A stretch of DNA of 63,674 nucleotides, filler included, from Polymyxa betae A26-41 (taxonomy: Eukaryota; Protista; Endomyxa: Phytomyxea): NCBI GenBank assembly GCA_003693705.1. It is 7 parts of 7 records of this genome, joined end to end, with 100 filler letters (N's around TTAATTAATTAA, not from the genome) between each part and the next. Parts side by side here need not be neighbours in the genome. Positions count along the whole stretch, not along the records: positions 61,149 to 63,674 come from RBZT01000880.1; 6 more parts are not named here. One strand, written 5' to 3'. Positions 62,448 through 63,674 of this stretch are shown here, in pieces. How positions within the stretch are numbered: the stretch's first letter is position 1; every line of letters starts with the position of its first letter. The position numbers and the translations under genes were made by a program. The notes beneath the pieces are model-generated. The model did not search any database, was not told where the DNA came from, and was given only the letters and a program-made list of their open reading frames with translations.

Positions 62448-63549
62448 TTGACACATGGGAATGATTTATTACGGACCATTGGAATTGATCCAAAATCTGC
62501 TTTGGACAATTTCATTCTGAAACAGGATAGTCAGATAACTGAAGATCAAACCAGTGATGAATTTGATATTTCAATATTACCTGAGGTTGGTATTGATTGT
62601 GATTCTGACATGGAAAATCTGCTGAAGCAGAAAGTGCGAAATTGTCTCGCAAATGGAATGTCGGAGAGATTCAGTGAGAAACTTTTGCGACTATTACTAA
62701 GTGTAAAAAATGTATGGAGACGGAAATTAGGTCCGGATCCACCTGCATTAGTAACTCCGATGAAAACAGAGTTAATTGCAGATTGTAAACCTGTGCGTTG
62801 TAAAGCTCGCTTATATACATAAGAGCAAAGTGAATTCTTGCATGAATTTACTAAACAGCTCAAGCATTATGGATTTGTATATGAGAATTACAATAGCCGA
62901 TGGGCAAGTCCAGTCTTAGTTGTGGCAAAACCTGGCAAACAACATGAATTTCGAATGTGTGTTGATCTGAGAGCTGTAAATGCTTTGTGTGAAGCCACAG
63001 CTTGGCCGATGCCATTCCTTGAATCTATTGTAAGAAATCTAGCAGGATCTAGTTATTGGTTTCTTCTGGATGCTTTTAAAGGCTTCTGGATATTGCCTTT
63101 AGCACAAGAGTGTCAGGAGATGTTTTCTTTTATGACAGATCGTGCTGTATTCACACCAACAAGATTTATTCAGGGAGCGCTGAATTCAGCAACATAGTTT
63201 CAGGCTCGAATGAATGAGAGATTTGTTGATCTGTTGTATAAATCGTTAATTATCTGGAATGATGATCTTCTGGGTTATGCTGACACAGAGGAGCGCTGGT
63301 TTTCAGTTTTGGAGAAAACATTAAATTTAGCCAGTGGTTTCAATCTAAAACTTAATATCGATAAATGTAACTTTTTCCTGAAGGAGGTGAATTTTTGTGG
63401 TAGAATTTTCCGTCCACAAGGCGACTCGCATGATCCAAAACGCATATCTGCTTTATGCGCAATGAATATGCCTGAGAGAGCGAATGAGTTACAACAATTG
63501 TTGATGGCCTCTCAATGGATGAGTCGATCCATCCCTGACTATAATAAAA
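62448..63549 (+). mobile_element. Ty3/Gypsy reverse transcriptase pseudogene
   Basis: GNDLL; SRWASPVLVVAKP..RMCVDLRAVN; LDAFKGFW; QGALNSAT*FQ; IWNDDLL; in-frame stops. Confidence 0.9.
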
Positions 63550-63674
63550 CGACCCTGCTACGCGTGCAACTGGTTGCACAAATAAGCCCGTGGGCAACCA
63601 CTGGGAGTCGCACAAAAATTCCCGTGGGCAACCTCCCTCTCTCATACCCACCCTCCCTCTCTCTTGTTCTGAGA
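63550..63674 (+). mobile_element. Start of a MULE-like TIR inserted into the Gypsy RT
   Basis: CGACCCTGCTACGC is identical to the first 14 nt of the 27163 TIR; the RT frame (SRSIPDYNK) is lost here. Confidence 0.7.

Noticed and set aside
61149-63549. Gag and pol as one retroelement
   Set aside because: Opposite strands and separated by a gap; they are different copies.

Overview
Eukaryotic nuclear DNA with many short GT-AG spliceosomal introns. It is a concatenation of contigs joined by artificial 100-nt N44-TTAATTAATTAA-N44 spacers, so neighbourhood across those spacers is unreliable. The host cannot be identified from sequence alone; a compact, intron-rich protist such as a plasmodiophorid is only an inference. 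Recognisable host genes are an MFS transporter (frameshifted), an RNA polymerase III C31-like subunit head-to-head (43 bp apart) with mitochondrial EF-G2, a PARL-type rhomboid protease, tRNA-Arg(TCG), a fused glutamine-dependent carbamoyl-phosphate synthetase with disabling-looking lesions, and an AIG1-like GTPase fragment. The rest is largely mobile DNA: a Crypton (tyrosine recombinase + GCR1_C), a fully bounded PIF/Harbinger element nested in a Gypsy integrase, a deleted MULE with TIRs and 9-bp TSD plus related ends, two non-autonomous TIR elements, a LINE RNase H fragment and several Gypsy/chromovirus pieces. The most unusual signals are: (i) gene-body saturation with short DNA motifs (GTWAC in EF-G2; ACTGG/CGTACTGGCC in the MFS gene and EF-G2) that appears to shape the protein sequence; (ii) telomere-like repeats that coincide with splice donors and branch points; (iii) an unrecognised Cys/His-rich tandem protein domain present in several copies. 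All counts are manual and approximate.
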